Positions 17,994-27,650 of a stretch of 64,000 nt of DNA are shown piece after piece. This DNA is from a virus. The translations under genes and the position numbers were made by a program. Where the stretch lies: the IMG/VR virus record IMGVR_UViG_3300027770_000032. One strand, written 5' to 3'. The notes below the pieces were generated by a model. The model ran no database searches and was not told the DNA's origin. It saw only the letters and a list, made by a program, of their open reading frames with translations. Positions within the stretch are counted from its first letter, which is position 1. Each line of letters starts with the position of its first letter.

Positions 17994-18275
17994 ATGCTTA
18001 AACTCTCAAAAGATTTAAGTCGGTTTCCAAGTCAGCGAGCTGCTCTGGCTCGTCGGAAATCAGAACTTTTTCTCGAAATCATCAAATGGACCGGCACGTC
18101 CTGTGTTATTGTGGCTGCAGCTTGTCGAGCATTTGATTTCCATGCGGCAGATCTTCTGATCTCGATTGCTGGTGCTGGCCTTTGGGGTTATGCTGCAATC
18201 GCGATGAGAGATAAAGCATTGATTGCTGTAAACGCACTCGTTGTTGGTATTTTAATTGTAGGAGTTATTGTATGA
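17994..18275 (+). CDS. Small membrane protein
   Basis: Three hydrophobic segments. Confidence 0.6.
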   Translation: MLKLSKDLSRFPSQRAALARRKSELFLEIIKWTGTSCVIVAAACRAFDFHAADLLISIAGAGLWGYAAIAMRDKALIAVNALVVGILIVGVIV

Positions 18276-18433
18276 AGTTTGATCCATGGACCGATCGAGT
18301 CTTTGTTCGTCGTTTGAAGAACGTTCTCGTTGCATCTCAGCGTGCAGAGAATCCTGAGTTTAAAGCGATGTGGATAAAAAAGTTTGACGAACTGTTTTTA
18401 AGGGCAGAATAAACAATAGCAATCGCTAAATAG

Positions 18434-18441
18434 TATAAATA
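18434..18441 (+). promoter_or_regulatory. T4-type late promoter of the curli/cyclase operon
   Basis: Exact TATAAATA, intergenic. Confidence 0.75.
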
Positions 18442-18446
18442 ATCGT

Positions 18447-18734
18447 ATGGGTTACGATACTATATTCAAAATTATTGGTGACGTCGGATTCCCCATCGCA
18501 GCAGCATTGCTCGGTGGGGTTTTCGTTTATTTTGTTATCAACTATATCCTTGAGAGTGTTGTAAAAGCAATCAGGGGCATGCAGGGTATTATCATGGGGC
18601 TTGACAATCGAGTCAAGACAATGAATCATGATATCATCCGTGTTGATGCTATAGTCAGTTCAGCTCTCGGTCTTCAGCCAGACCTTGACAGAATTGCCCG
18701 AGCAGACGGAAAGAACGATGCTCGGAAAGACTAA
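18447..18734 (+). CDS. Small membrane protein, first gene of curli-like operon
   Basis: VGFPI + TM helix + coiled coil; paralog of next ORF. Confidence 0.75.
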   Translation: MGYDTIFKIIGDVGFPIAAALLGGVFVYFVINYILESVVKAIRGMQGIIMGLDNRVKTMNHDIIRVDAIVSSALGLQPDLDRIARADGKNDARKD

Positions 18735-18985
18735 TGGATCCAGAACTGCTCGCAGAGCTTATAAAACAATACGGTTTTCCAATTGTCGCGTCTGTGGGAA
18801 TGGGATATTTTGTTTGGTTCATTTATAAGTTTGTCACAGATAAATTAATGCCATTGATTGGCGAAACTAACGGTATTTTAATTGCACTAATCGATCGTGT
18901 CCGTATGTTGGACAACGATCTCATTAGACTTCAACAGAAGGTGAGCGTTGTTTTACAGATAAAGGATCCTCATAATGACAATTAA
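18734..18985 (+). CDS. Small membrane protein, paralog of 18447..18734
   Basis: YGFPI + TM helix; LIDRVRMLDNDLIR vs LDNRVKTMNHDIIR. Confidence 0.75.
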   Translation: MDPELLAELIKQYGFPIVASVGMGYFVWFIYKFVTDKLMPLIGETNGILIALIDRVRMLDNDLIRLQQKVSVVLQIKDPHNDN

Positions 18986-19056
18986 TTTAAAAATTGAGAT
19001 CCTTAAAGTATTCTGTCTTGAATTTGGATTTTCTTCTGAAAAGAAAGAGGAAAAAG

Positions 19057-19497
19057 ATGTTCAAGAAAATATTGATTTGCTCGATATTCTTCAGCAGCCC
19101 AGCGGCAGCTGATCCGCTCGTACAACAGTTTAAAAGTCCATCCTTTAATGGATATGGATGGTCGTCACATGTGCAATCAATCGATGCACAAGAACGTTCT
19201 CGTGAACAAGCAATCAAAGATGCTGAAGCCTCAAAGATTGCTCTTGCAAGAGCTGAAGCTTCGAATACGCCGCTTGCAAAGTTCATGGCACTATTCACCT
19301 CTCAGGTATATGCTCAGCTAGCCACACAGTTGTCAAACAATCTGTTTGCAGAAGGTTCGGCGCAACAAGGCATGTTTAATCTTGATGGTAACACGATTAG
19401 CTATGTAAAAACTGGTACATCAGTGACATTGACTGTCGTTGACAAATTTGGTAATACGACAGTCGTGACTGTTCCTATCGCAACGTTTGCATTTTAA
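19057..19497 (+). CDS. csgF: Curli assembly protein CsgF-like
   Basis: Signal peptide then LVQQFKSPSFNG (CsgF N-terminal motif), SQVYAQLATQL; precedes csgG. Confidence 0.8.
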   Translation: MFKKILICSIFFSSPAAADPLVQQFKSPSFNGYGWSSHVQSIDAQERSREQAIKDAEASKIALARAEASNTPLAKFMALFTSQVYAQLATQLSNNLFAEGSAQQGMFNLDGNTISYVKTGTSVTLTVVDKFGNTTVVTVPIATFAF

Positions 19498-19506
19498 GGA
19501 GAAGTC

Positions 19507-20331
19507 ATGAAAAAGCTTTTATTACTTCCATTACTTCTTATCACAACGGCTTGTGCTGGAGGAGTGCATCCTCATCTCAATCAATCATATCTCGCAAGAG
19601 AAGATGCTGAAGTAGAAAGATTTGCAAATCCTAAGTTGTTTAGAACTCTACCAGAACTTGATGGTCAGGTAATTCCGATTGCCATCTACTCGTTCACTGA
19701 TAGAACAGGACAACGCAAACCTTCTGCTACTCAAGCCAGCTTCTCGACAGCCGTCACTCAAGGTGCAGATGCTTATGTTATTAAAACATTGGCAGATACT
19801 GGTGGAGGAAAATGGTTTCGACCAGTCGAGCGCGTAGGCATTGATTCGCTTATTAAAGAACGTCAACTCGTAAGACAGATGAGAGAGCAACAACTCGGAG
19901 AAGGTGCTGAACCACTTCCTCCTTTGATGGTTGCAGGTATCATCCTTGAAGGCGGTATTATTGACTATAGTTCAAATACCAAAACTGGTGGTAACGGTGC
20001 AAGATTCCTCGGAATCGGTCCTTATCAACAATATTCAGAAGATCAAGTTACTATTAGTATGCGACTCGTTTCGGTTCAGACAGGTGAAGTTTTAACTTCT
20101 GTCACCGTTGAGAAGAATCTACTCTCTACTTCCGAGGGAGTGACAGCATTTAAGTTTTTTGATGTGGGAACAAAAGCTTTTGAATTTGATGGACAACAAA
20201 CATCAAATGAAGCTGGTAGTTATGCAATCCGTTCAGCCATAGAAACGGCAGTTGTGGAATTAATCAAGGATGGTGAACGCAAAGGACTATGGAGATTTAA
20301 GCAAAAGGAATCAACAAATGAAGGTAATTAA
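19507..20331 (+). CDS. csgG: Curli secretion channel lipoprotein CsgG
   Basis: Lipobox TTAC; FTDRTGQRKP, STAVTQGA, WFRPVER, KERQLVR, EGGII, TGGNGARFLGIG. Confidence 0.93.
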   Translation: MKKLLLLPLLLITTACAGGVHPHLNQSYLAREDAEVERFANPKLFRTLPELDGQVIPIAIYSFTDRTGQRKPSATQASFSTAVTQGADAYVIKTLADTGGGKWFRPVERVGIDSLIKERQLVRQMREQQLGEGAEPLPPLMVAGIILEGGIIDYSSNTKTGGNGARFLGIGPYQQYSEDQVTISMRLVSVQTGEVLTSVTVEKNLLSTSEGVTAFKFFDVGTKAFEFDGQQTSNEAGSYAIRSAIETAVVELIKDGERKGLWRFKQKESTNEGN

Positions 20332-21091
20332 GTCTTTATTAGTTGGTGCTGCTCTTCTTTATGGAACATCAGTGACTGCACAAACCGTGCTACCGACAGC
20401 CCCAACTCCACCAGCAATTGTAACTACATCACCAAATGAGGTGACTGCAGCTGCAGTGGCTACAACAAACAAAGTATATATCGATCAAGAAGGTGGCAAT
20501 GTAGATGTTAACGTTGTTCAAACTGGTACTGCTAATATCATTGGCGACAATGATGATCCTATCTATTTACGAGGTGATAATCAAAGTGTCATCGCTGTTC
20601 AAACCGGTAACGGAAACCAACTCTACATGGGCGTGGTCTCCGCTACAGGAGCAACAGGAATCACAGCAGTAACAGTTCGTCAAATCGGTAATCTCAACAC
20701 CGCAGACATCCGTTGCGGCACGCTTCAATCTGACGCTATCTGTAACAAGTTTGATCTGAATGCCAGATTTACAGGCGATTCAAACTCGCTCGTATTTCAT
20801 GGTTCAGGCGAAAACATTCGTAACTCGATGGATGTAACTGGTGATAATAATGCATTCAACATTGATGCACTCTCACCTAATGCAACTCAGACTCTTCTTG
20901 TCACAGGTGACTATAATGACTTCGACGTGACACAAACAGGTCTTGGCGGCACATTCGGTCATTCACTTTATGTGAACCTCACAGGTACACTTAACACCAT
21001 TACAACCCAACAGTACGGAGCTTCAGAAACCGTAATCAATATTAACTCGGCGGGTTCAAATGGTACGTTTAATATCAAGACTGGCCATTAA
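20318..21091 (+). CDS. Secreted curlin-repeat protein
   Basis: Signal peptide; repeats YIDQEGGN, VQTGTAN, VQTGNGN, RQIGNLN, TGDNN. Confidence 0.75.
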   Translation: MKVIKSLLVGAALLYGTSVTAQTVLPTAPTPPAIVTTSPNEVTAAAVATTNKVYIDQEGGNVDVNVVQTGTANIIGDNDDPIYLRGDNQSVIAVQTGNGNQLYMGVVSATGATGITAVTVRQIGNLNTADIRCGTLQSDAICNKFDLNARFTGDSNSLVFHGSGENIRNSMDVTGDNNAFNIDALSPNATQTLLVTGDYNDFDVTQTGLGGTFGHSLYVNLTGTLNTITTQQYGASETVININSAGSNGTFNIKTGH

Positions 21092-22196
21092 TCTATTACT
21101 TCTGATATCGGTTCCCGCCTTTGCAGGTGTGGGATCGATATCAGAGTTTCAGGGCGGAGGTTCCGTTAAGCGTGGTGCAAAGGTTGCACCTGCTGCTAAA
21201 GGCTCGAGTATCGAGAAGAACGATACCGTATCGACTAACTCTCAAGGTAGATTTAAGATTCGATTCGTTGATGCCACGATGGTAAACATCACACAAAATT
21301 CAAGGTTAATAATTGATGATTTCGTTTATGATGGAAATAATAAGAGTAAAGGCAAACTCGGTCTTAAACTGGCTTTGGGGACTGCAAGATATACTTCTGG
21401 CGGGATTGCTCATGGGAACTCTCGAGGTGTTGGAATACGTACTCCGACTGCGACGATTGCAGTCAGAGGCACAGACTTTGTTATGTCTGTTGATGAGGCA
21501 GGCAGATCGACTGTTGTTCTTGTTCCTGAATGTTACAACGATAAAGATATCACAAAGATCAACTTCGAATGCCCTTCAGGAGCTATCGATGTCATCACTG
21601 CTGCAGGCATCGTCACTCTGACTCAGCCATTCCAAGCAACGATGGTCGAGAATTCTTATGCGCCTCCTGCGCCTCCTGTCGTCATTAATCCTTCAATGAA
21701 GGGTATGGACAACAATATTCAGATCTCTCCTCTCGAAACGGATGACGGTCAATCACTGATCACTGCTGCTCGCGAAGCACTCAAGAAGTTTGTCAATCCT
21801 GCAAAAGCCGCTTCTGATGACAACCAAGATCCAAATACTGGCGGAGATGGCGTAGAAGAAGTTGCGGTGGCTACTCTTCGTTTGCCTACTCAAGACGAAC
21901 TTCAAAACATTTATGCAGAGTATAACTCTGGAGCAAGACCGACAGAAACTATCTATACGAATGTATCTCCTATATTTAAAAAACAAATGCAAGTCGGATG
22001 GGTGTACTCGAGAATCTCAGAAGATAAGAATCAAGTTGTCATAGTGTGGTTACCAAAAGATACTGAAATTCAAATGGTTTCATCTCATAATGGGATTGTC
22101 GACGCTTACAATTTTATGGATGATAAATGGACTACGACTGGTACAGGTAGACCACAAGGAAATATCACCGTGATACAAGAGTCGGGTGCAAGATGA
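21060..22196 (+). CDS. Periplasmic FecR-domain protein
   Basis: Signal peptide; DTVST...IRFVD.T...NSRLIIDDFVYD, IRTPTATIAVRGTDF. Confidence 0.85.
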   Translation: MVRLISRLAINLLLLISVPAFAGVGSISEFQGGGSVKRGAKVAPAAKGSSIEKNDTVSTNSQGRFKIRFVDATMVNITQNSRLIIDDFVYDGNNKSKGKLGLKLALGTARYTSGGIAHGNSRGVGIRTPTATIAVRGTDFVMSVDEAGRSTVVLVPECYNDKDITKINFECPSGAIDVITAAGIVTLTQPFQATMVENSYAPPAPPVVINPSMKGMDNNIQISPLETDDGQSLITAAREALKKFVNPAKAASDDNQDPNTGGDGVEEVAVATLRLPTQDELQNIYAEYNSGARPTETIYTNVSPIFKKQMQVGWVYSRISEDKNQVVIVWLPKDTEIQMVSSHNGIVDAYNFMDDKWTTTGTGRPQGNITVIQESGAR

Positions 22197-23653
22197 TGAG
22201 ATGGATCTTAACACTACTACTGTTAATGTTCAGCGTGCAGTTAAATGCACAGACACCATCAAACTATGGTTTTGAAGCTGGAACTTATGCTGGTTGGACA
22301 GCTAGTAACGGATCTACTACACTTCGTACGTCATGGAGCGATAGTGGCAACGGTGTACAAGTTACGACTGGAATGCAGAACTATTGCCCAGGCGGTGGTA
22401 AGTGTTGGACGATTACTCCATATGGATCGTACATGCTCTCGGTTCAAGCAGGAGGAAATTCTCCTCAATTTAATGCTGCAATGACTACTCTTGGACTGAG
22501 CGCTTCAAATATCACTTCTATTCGTAATACGATCTATTCGAATGGATCGATGAATCCTACGAACGCTTCTTCTGTCAGTCGAACAATATTCTTACAAGCA
22601 GGAATTACATATTCGTTTGGGTGGCAATATCTGTCGACAGACTATGTTCCGTATAACGACGGTTCTCTCATCACCTTGACAGGTGGACCAGGAACACCAA
22701 CACTCAACGGTCAAACACAGAACTTTGCGTTGTTAGGCTTTACGAATCCTGGAACGGGCAACTACTCGACCAATTCATATGGTGCTACTGGATGGCAGGT
22801 TGCTGTGTTCACAGTTCCGGCAGATGGCAACTATATGCTTGGATTCTCGTCGTTCAATCTTGGCGATACAGCTCTCTCACCTATTCTATTCATCGATCAG
22901 TTACAAGGAACTACGGCGTTGAATGGTACTACGTTTGCTCCTGTTGCACCTAACCAAGGATCTTCGGCACCGACTGCTCCACCTCCGCCTCCTGCAGAAC
23001 CAACATATCCAACTACATCAATTGCGACTAATCAAACTATTAAGCTTGGTCAGACAAATGCCATTGTAAGTAACTCAATTTACATTCAAAACATCGGTGA
23101 TAATAACACCGTCAACATCGAACAGTTCTCAAAATTTAACGCCGTAAGAGGTGTGAATGGTTCTCAATCGATGTTGATCAACGGTAGCAATAACGCTATT
23201 ACTATCAATCAAGGCACTGCAGCGGCAGCTCTTGGAAACAATCTTGCAGAAGTGTCTGTCACAGGAAACGGTAATACGGTATCTCTGACACAACAATATA
23301 ATGGCAAATATACAGAGCTAGTAATGAATGGAACAGGAAATCAGCTGACTGCTCAGCAAAAAGATGTTGGTGGAAAGTCTGCGTTCTTCAACATCTTAGG
23401 TAATTCGAACGTTATCACAACTACACAATCAGGTTCTGGTAATCACTTCTTAGATATCAGTGCACCTTATGGAGGATTGAATGCAACCATCACTCAATCT
23501 GGTGCTGCGCAGAAGCTGTTTAAACTAATAATAAATAATCCTGGAATTGGAGTCACTGTATCGCAAACTGCTGCGAGCGTTACTGACTCAGTCTTAATGT
23601 CAATCACATGTACGACCGGACCTTGCAATGGATACAGTTACGTTAAAAATTAA
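22193..23653 (+). CDS. Secreted two-domain protein: beta-sandwich, Pro linker, curlin repeats
   Basis: Signal peptide, NYGFEAG...W domain, APTAPPPPPAEP, repeats IGDNNTVNIEQ, GNGNTVSLTQ, GTGNQLTAQQ, GNSNVITTTQ. Confidence 0.7.
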   Translation: MMRWILTLLLLMFSVQLNAQTPSNYGFEAGTYAGWTASNGSTTLRTSWSDSGNGVQVTTGMQNYCPGGGKCWTITPYGSYMLSVQAGGNSPQFNAAMTTLGLSASNITSIRNTIYSNGSMNPTNASSVSRTIFLQAGITYSFGWQYLSTDYVPYNDGSLITLTGGPGTPTLNGQTQNFALLGFTNPGTGNYSTNSYGATGWQVAVFTVPADGNYMLGFSSFNLGDTALSPILFIDQLQGTTALNGTTFAPVAPNQGSSAPTAPPPPPAEPTYPTTSIATNQTIKLGQTNAIVSNSIYIQNIGDNNTVNIEQFSKFNAVRGVNGSQSMLINGSNNAITINQGTAAAALGNNLAEVSVTGNGNTVSLTQQYNGKYTELVMNGTGNQLTAQQKDVGGKSAFFNILGNSNVITTTQSGSGNHFLDISAPYGGLNATITQSGAAQKLFKLIINNPGIGVTVSQTAASVTDSVLMSITCTTGPCNGYSYVKN

Positions 23654-25688
23654 AAAGATTCTATTGAGTCCATGGTTGGCACTCTTTACATTTGCATTAT
23701 TACTTGCATTTAAATTACAAGATCCATACTTAGTTGAAGCGACTCGTCTCAAATTTTATGATTACATCATGCTTGATAAAGCAAAACAATCTGAGCAGAT
23801 TGTAGTCATTAATTTAGGGGAGAAATCAATTGAAAAATATGGTCAGTGGCCTTTCCCGCGCGAAGTCCACGCTAAAATCATTGATGAGGTCTATGATAGA
23901 GGGGCTGCTCTTGTTGGCAGCACTGTACTTATGCTCGAGCCTGATCGCATGGGCACTGATAGTGTTCTTTCAGATAGCTTAAACAAATATCCAGTCGTTC
24001 TTAGTCAGACTGTAAGCGACTCTTGTTCTCGGGTAAGTACGACAATTCGGAAAACAGGCGTTGCCGTAATCGGCGATGGAGAAGCAACTGAATTTCTTCC
24101 TCAATACCCATGCGTTCTAAGTAATGTCTCAGTTCTTCAAGAAGCCGCAGCCGGTGTTGGGATAACGTCAACCCTACCTGAGACTGATGGGGTTGTGAGG
24201 CGAGTTCCTCTTCTATCTGAATCATCAGGCGAATACTATCCCGCATTTGCTCTAGAGCTGTTGCGTGTAGCGGCAGGAGACTCTTCGTATCAAGCCAAGA
24301 TAAATCAGACTGGGGTTGAAGCATTAAGAATTCCTTCTTTTGAAACAATTAAAACAGACGAATATGGAAGAGTGTTCATTAATCCGAACTATCGATTCCA
24401 GTCATACGAAATTGGCGAAGAAGTTCCTGATCTGACTGGTAAGATAGTGATTCTAGGCGTAACTGCCGCAGGAATTGCGAATCCTGTAGCGACTCCTTCA
24501 GGTGCGCAATATCCCCATCAATTGCAAGCGAGTATTCTTGAAACTCTGATAAATGGAGATTCTGTTTCGATTCCGAATTGGACACAGCTTGTAGATCTTG
24601 CTGCTCTTCTTGTTTTGGCTCTGTCATTAATCATGATCTCTCGATTAAAATACTCTATCGTTTGGATAGGTTTGATTCTAGGTGGATACCTTTATTTACC
24701 GGTGTATTTATTCGCGAGTAAAGGAATCTTGTTGGATGTCACTTTTAACGTGCTGGCCATCGCGATCATCTATATGCATATTTATACCGTAAAGTTTATT
24801 AGTGAGTTCATGCAGAAGCAACAAATCAAGAAACAGTTTGGCACATATCTAAGTCCAGATCTGGTCGCAAAGTTACAAAGACAACCAGATCTCTTGAAAC
24901 TCGGAGGAGAATCGCGCGAGCTTTCAATCATGTTCACAGACGTTCGTGGATTTACTACAATCTCTGAACACTATGGCGAAGATGTCCAAGGCCTCACATC
25001 AATCATGAATCGTTATATGACTGTCATGACAAGAGCGATTCTTGAAAACAACGGGACATTAGATAAGTATATCGGTGATGCACAGATGGCATTCTGGAAT
25101 GCGCCACTCGATAACAAACAGCATGCATTAGATGCAGTGAGAACATCCTTTCAGATGCTCAAAGATTTGGAGATATTTAATGAAGAAGTTAAAAGCGAAG
25201 GTATACCCGCTTTTGGGATGGGTCTTGGTATTAACACTGCCACTGTGGTTGTTGGCAATATGGGCAGTACTCAGCGTTTTGACTATACTTGCCTGGGTGA
25301 TGGCGTTAATCTGGCTGCTCGTTTGGAAGGTCAATCCAAGCCTTATGGGGTCAAACTTGTCGTCGGGCCACAAACTGCCGAATTGGTTAGGGATGTATAC
25401 CAAGTAGTTGAGCTTGATCTCATTGCCGTAAAAGGTAAGACAGAACCCGCCAGAATCTATACCATTTTTGATGTTACTGATGGAGCAGGAGACCTCCTAC
25501 ATAAAAAGTTCCTCGAACTCTATCGTCAAGGCAAATGGGATGCAGCTATCAATATGATAAAAGATCTGAAGCGTTGCTGGAACGAAGATCTGAATGCATA
25601 CTACGAGATGATGGAGAAACGCATTCAAGATTTGAAGATTGAAGAACCATATAAATGGGACGGAATTTATCGCGCAACCTCAAAATAA
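23628..25688 (+). CDS. CHASE2-domain class III adenylate cyclase
   Basis: GQWPFPR, DGVVRRVPL (CHASE2), TM helices, FTDVRGFT, DKYIGDA, DYTCLGDGVNLAARLE, VKGK. Confidence 0.95.
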   Translation: MDTVTLKIKKILLSPWLALFTFALLLAFKLQDPYLVEATRLKFYDYIMLDKAKQSEQIVVINLGEKSIEKYGQWPFPREVHAKIIDEVYDRGAALVGSTVLMLEPDRMGTDSVLSDSLNKYPVVLSQTVSDSCSRVSTTIRKTGVAVIGDGEATEFLPQYPCVLSNVSVLQEAAAGVGITSTLPETDGVVRRVPLLSESSGEYYPAFALELLRVAAGDSSYQAKINQTGVEALRIPSFETIKTDEYGRVFINPNYRFQSYEIGEEVPDLTGKIVILGVTAAGIANPVATPSGAQYPHQLQASILETLINGDSVSIPNWTQLVDLAALLVLALSLIMISRLKYSIVWIGLILGGYLYLPVYLFASKGILLDVTFNVLAIAIIYMHIYTVKFISEFMQKQQIKKQFGTYLSPDLVAKLQRQPDLLKLGGESRELSIMFTDVRGFTTISEHYGEDVQGLTSIMNRYMTVMTRAILENNGTLDKYIGDAQMAFWNAPLDNKQHALDAVRTSFQMLKDLEIFNEEVKSEGIPAFGMGLGINTATVVVGNMGSTQRFDYTCLGDGVNLAARLEGQSKPYGVKLVVGPQTAELVRDVYQVVELDLIAVKGKTEPARIYTIFDVTDGAGDLLHKKFLELYRQGKWDAAINMIKDLKRCWNEDLNAYYEMMEKRIQDLKIEEPYKWDGIYRATSK

Positions 25689-25691
25689 ACA

Positions 25692-25720
25692 TGTACATTA
25701 ATCCATTTTCATGATAGGAT
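25692..25720 (+). promoter_or_regulatory. Early-type promoter TGTACA-N17-TAGGAT
   Basis: Cassette closely resembling 2695..2753. Confidence 0.8.
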
Positions 25721-25747
25721 GAACCTATAATGATGAAGGACGAAAAC

Positions 25748-26215
25748 ATGAATATCACGATTACCGGCATGATTGGCAAGCGCAAAGAGAAAGCCCTTCT
25801 GAAGGAAGCCGCAGAGTTTTTTGCCGATCAGTTGATGGATCCTCGCATGGTTCGCAACCTCACCCTCGACATCGAAGTTTACAATAACCTTGACGTTGAA
25901 GGCGAATGCGTCGATGAAGATGGTTTTCGCAATCCTCGGTGGTTCACCATCGGCCTGAAGAGCCAAGACATCAAAGACATGATCAAGACTCTTGGCCATG
26001 AAATGGTGCACGTCAAGCAACATGCCAAGAACGAACTTCAGACTGGCCATGCAGTTGCTGCACGCGGCGGTCTCAAAATCTACAGCAAGTGGATGGGTGA
26101 AGTTTGGAAAGCAAAACGTAAAGAAGATGATTACTTTGACTCTCCTTGGGAGATCGAAGCGTATGGCCGTGAAGTCGGTCTTTATGCAAAGTGGGTTCAA
26201 TATAAAGGAAATTGA
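25748..26215 (+). CDS. HExxH zinc metallopeptidase-like protein
   Basis: TLGHEMVHVKQ, PWEIEAY. Confidence 0.75.
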   Translation: MNITITGMIGKRKEKALLKEAAEFFADQLMDPRMVRNLTLDIEVYNNLDVEGECVDEDGFRNPRWFTIGLKSQDIKDMIKTLGHEMVHVKQHAKNELQTGHAVAARGGLKIYSKWMGEVWKAKRKEDDYFDSPWEIEAYGREVGLYAKWVQYKGN

Positions 26216-26216
26216 T

Positions 26217-26456
26217 ATGAAAGATATTATGAAAACAATTTTTGATCGTGTATTTAGTTTTACTGGTATGGTGGGTTTACTAGTTTTATTGACTGGCTGG
26301 TTTCTTGGATCGGCTATCATTAATGAAAACGAAGAGCGCGCGCTGAATAAAGCTACTATTAAGGCTTGCTACGATGGAGGCCTAATTAAGGTCGATACTG
26401 ATGCAGGTTCTTACTGTGTTGCTCCTGCTAATCTTGTAAGGGTTGAAGTAAAATGA
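26217..26456 (+). CDS. Small membrane protein
   Basis: AAGGA SD; N-terminal TM helix. Confidence 0.55.
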   Translation: MKDIMKTIFDRVFSFTGMVGLLVLLTGWFLGSAIINENEERALNKATIKACYDGGLIKVDTDAGSYCVAPANLVRVEVK

Positions 26457-26665
26457 GTTTTTGGTTGATTGTTTATTTGTTCACTCAAGAAGGCGAATTC
26501 GTTGCAAAAGATGTTTACGAAACCGGTGGTCAAGAACAGTGTGTGAAGTTTGCCGGTGAAGTGACTCGCACGATTATTAATAGCCGTCTGCAAGCACAAT
26601 TTCATTGTGTAAGTGATGATCATTACATGGGCCGCAAACAAGACGAAGGGATTGATTATGACTAA
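26453..26665 (+). CDS. Hypothetical protein
   Basis: Coupled ORF. Confidence 0.55.
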   Translation: MSFWLIVYLFTQEGEFVAKDVYETGGQEQCVKFAGEVTRTIINSRLQAQFHCVSDDHYMGRKQDEGIDYD

Positions 26666-26767
26666 TCATCCTCGTCAGCGCGCAATGTGGGATGGACTAA
26701 CTGGATCAGGCTGTCTTGGTATTGTTCTTTTGCTTGCTATGATAACTGTAATTGGAGTTTTGTTTGA

Positions 26768-27178
26768 ATGACTGAACGTGTAGGTATCGTAGCAAGTTGT
26801 TTTGATTTGTTTCATGCAGGTCATATCCTGATGCTGATGGAAGCAAAGGGGAAATGTGATCGGTTGGTCGTGGCTTTGCAGTCAGATCCTACGATTGATC
26901 GACCTGAGAAGAACAAGCCAGTTCAAGCAATGTTTGAGCGCTATGTACAACTCGAAGCATGCAAGTATGTCGATCAAATAATCCCTTATGATACAGAAGC
27001 TGATCTGCTAAACCTACTGTCAGGTTACGATTGGGACGTTCGTTTCCTTGGTATGGATTACATTGATCGGACAGAATTTACTGGATCCTATCTCGATATT
27101 CCTATCCACTACTGCAGCCGTAGGCACAACTATAGTTCATCTGGTTTGCGTGAACGTATTTTGAAAGCAAAGAAATGA
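26768..27178 (+). CDS. Cytidylyltransferase (TagD/RfaE-like HxGH family)
   Basis: FDLFHAGH, RFLGMDY, RRHNYSSS. Confidence 0.88.
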   Translation: MTERVGIVASCFDLFHAGHILMLMEAKGKCDRLVVALQSDPTIDRPEKNKPVQAMFERYVQLEACKYVDQIIPYDTEADLLNLLSGYDWDVRFLGMDYIDRTEFTGSYLDIPIHYCSRRHNYSSSGLRERILKAKK

Positions 27179-27618
27179 GTAAGTGGGCAGCACGATTCCT
27201 CGATCTTGCTGACCATGTCGCGACATGGTCAAAGGATCCTCGGACACAAGTAGGATGCGTCATCGTAGATAAGCACAATCGTATCGTCTCTCTCGGTTTT
27301 AATGGCTTTCCTCGTGGTGTGAACGATCTTGCACAGAGATACAATGATAGACCGACGAAACATCTGTTCGTAGCTCACGCCGAGCGAAATGCACTCGATA
27401 ATGCTCCGTTGTCTGTTGAAGGTTGTACGCTTTATAGTCCTCTGCTACCTTGTAGCGAATGCGCAAAGAGCATCATTCAGAAAGGAATTACGAAGGTTGT
27501 ATCATACGAACCAGATGAAGACGTTGAACATTTTCACTGGGATATCACAAAACAAATGTTTTTAGAAGCATGTGTTCAACTTTATCTGATAAATAAAACT
27601 GTCACGCCTAATGGGTGA
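27175..27618 (+). CDS. cd: dCMP deaminase
   Basis: SKDPRTQVG, GFNG, HAERNA, PCSEC. Confidence 0.92.
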   Translation: MSKWAARFLDLADHVATWSKDPRTQVGCVIVDKHNRIVSLGFNGFPRGVNDLAQRYNDRPTKHLFVAHAERNALDNAPLSVEGCTLYSPLLPCSECAKSIIQKGITKVVSYEPDEDVEHFHWDITKQMFLEACVQLYLINKTVTPNG

Positions 27619-27650
27619 CACAACTAAACTCGCTTAATAGGAGAATGAGT

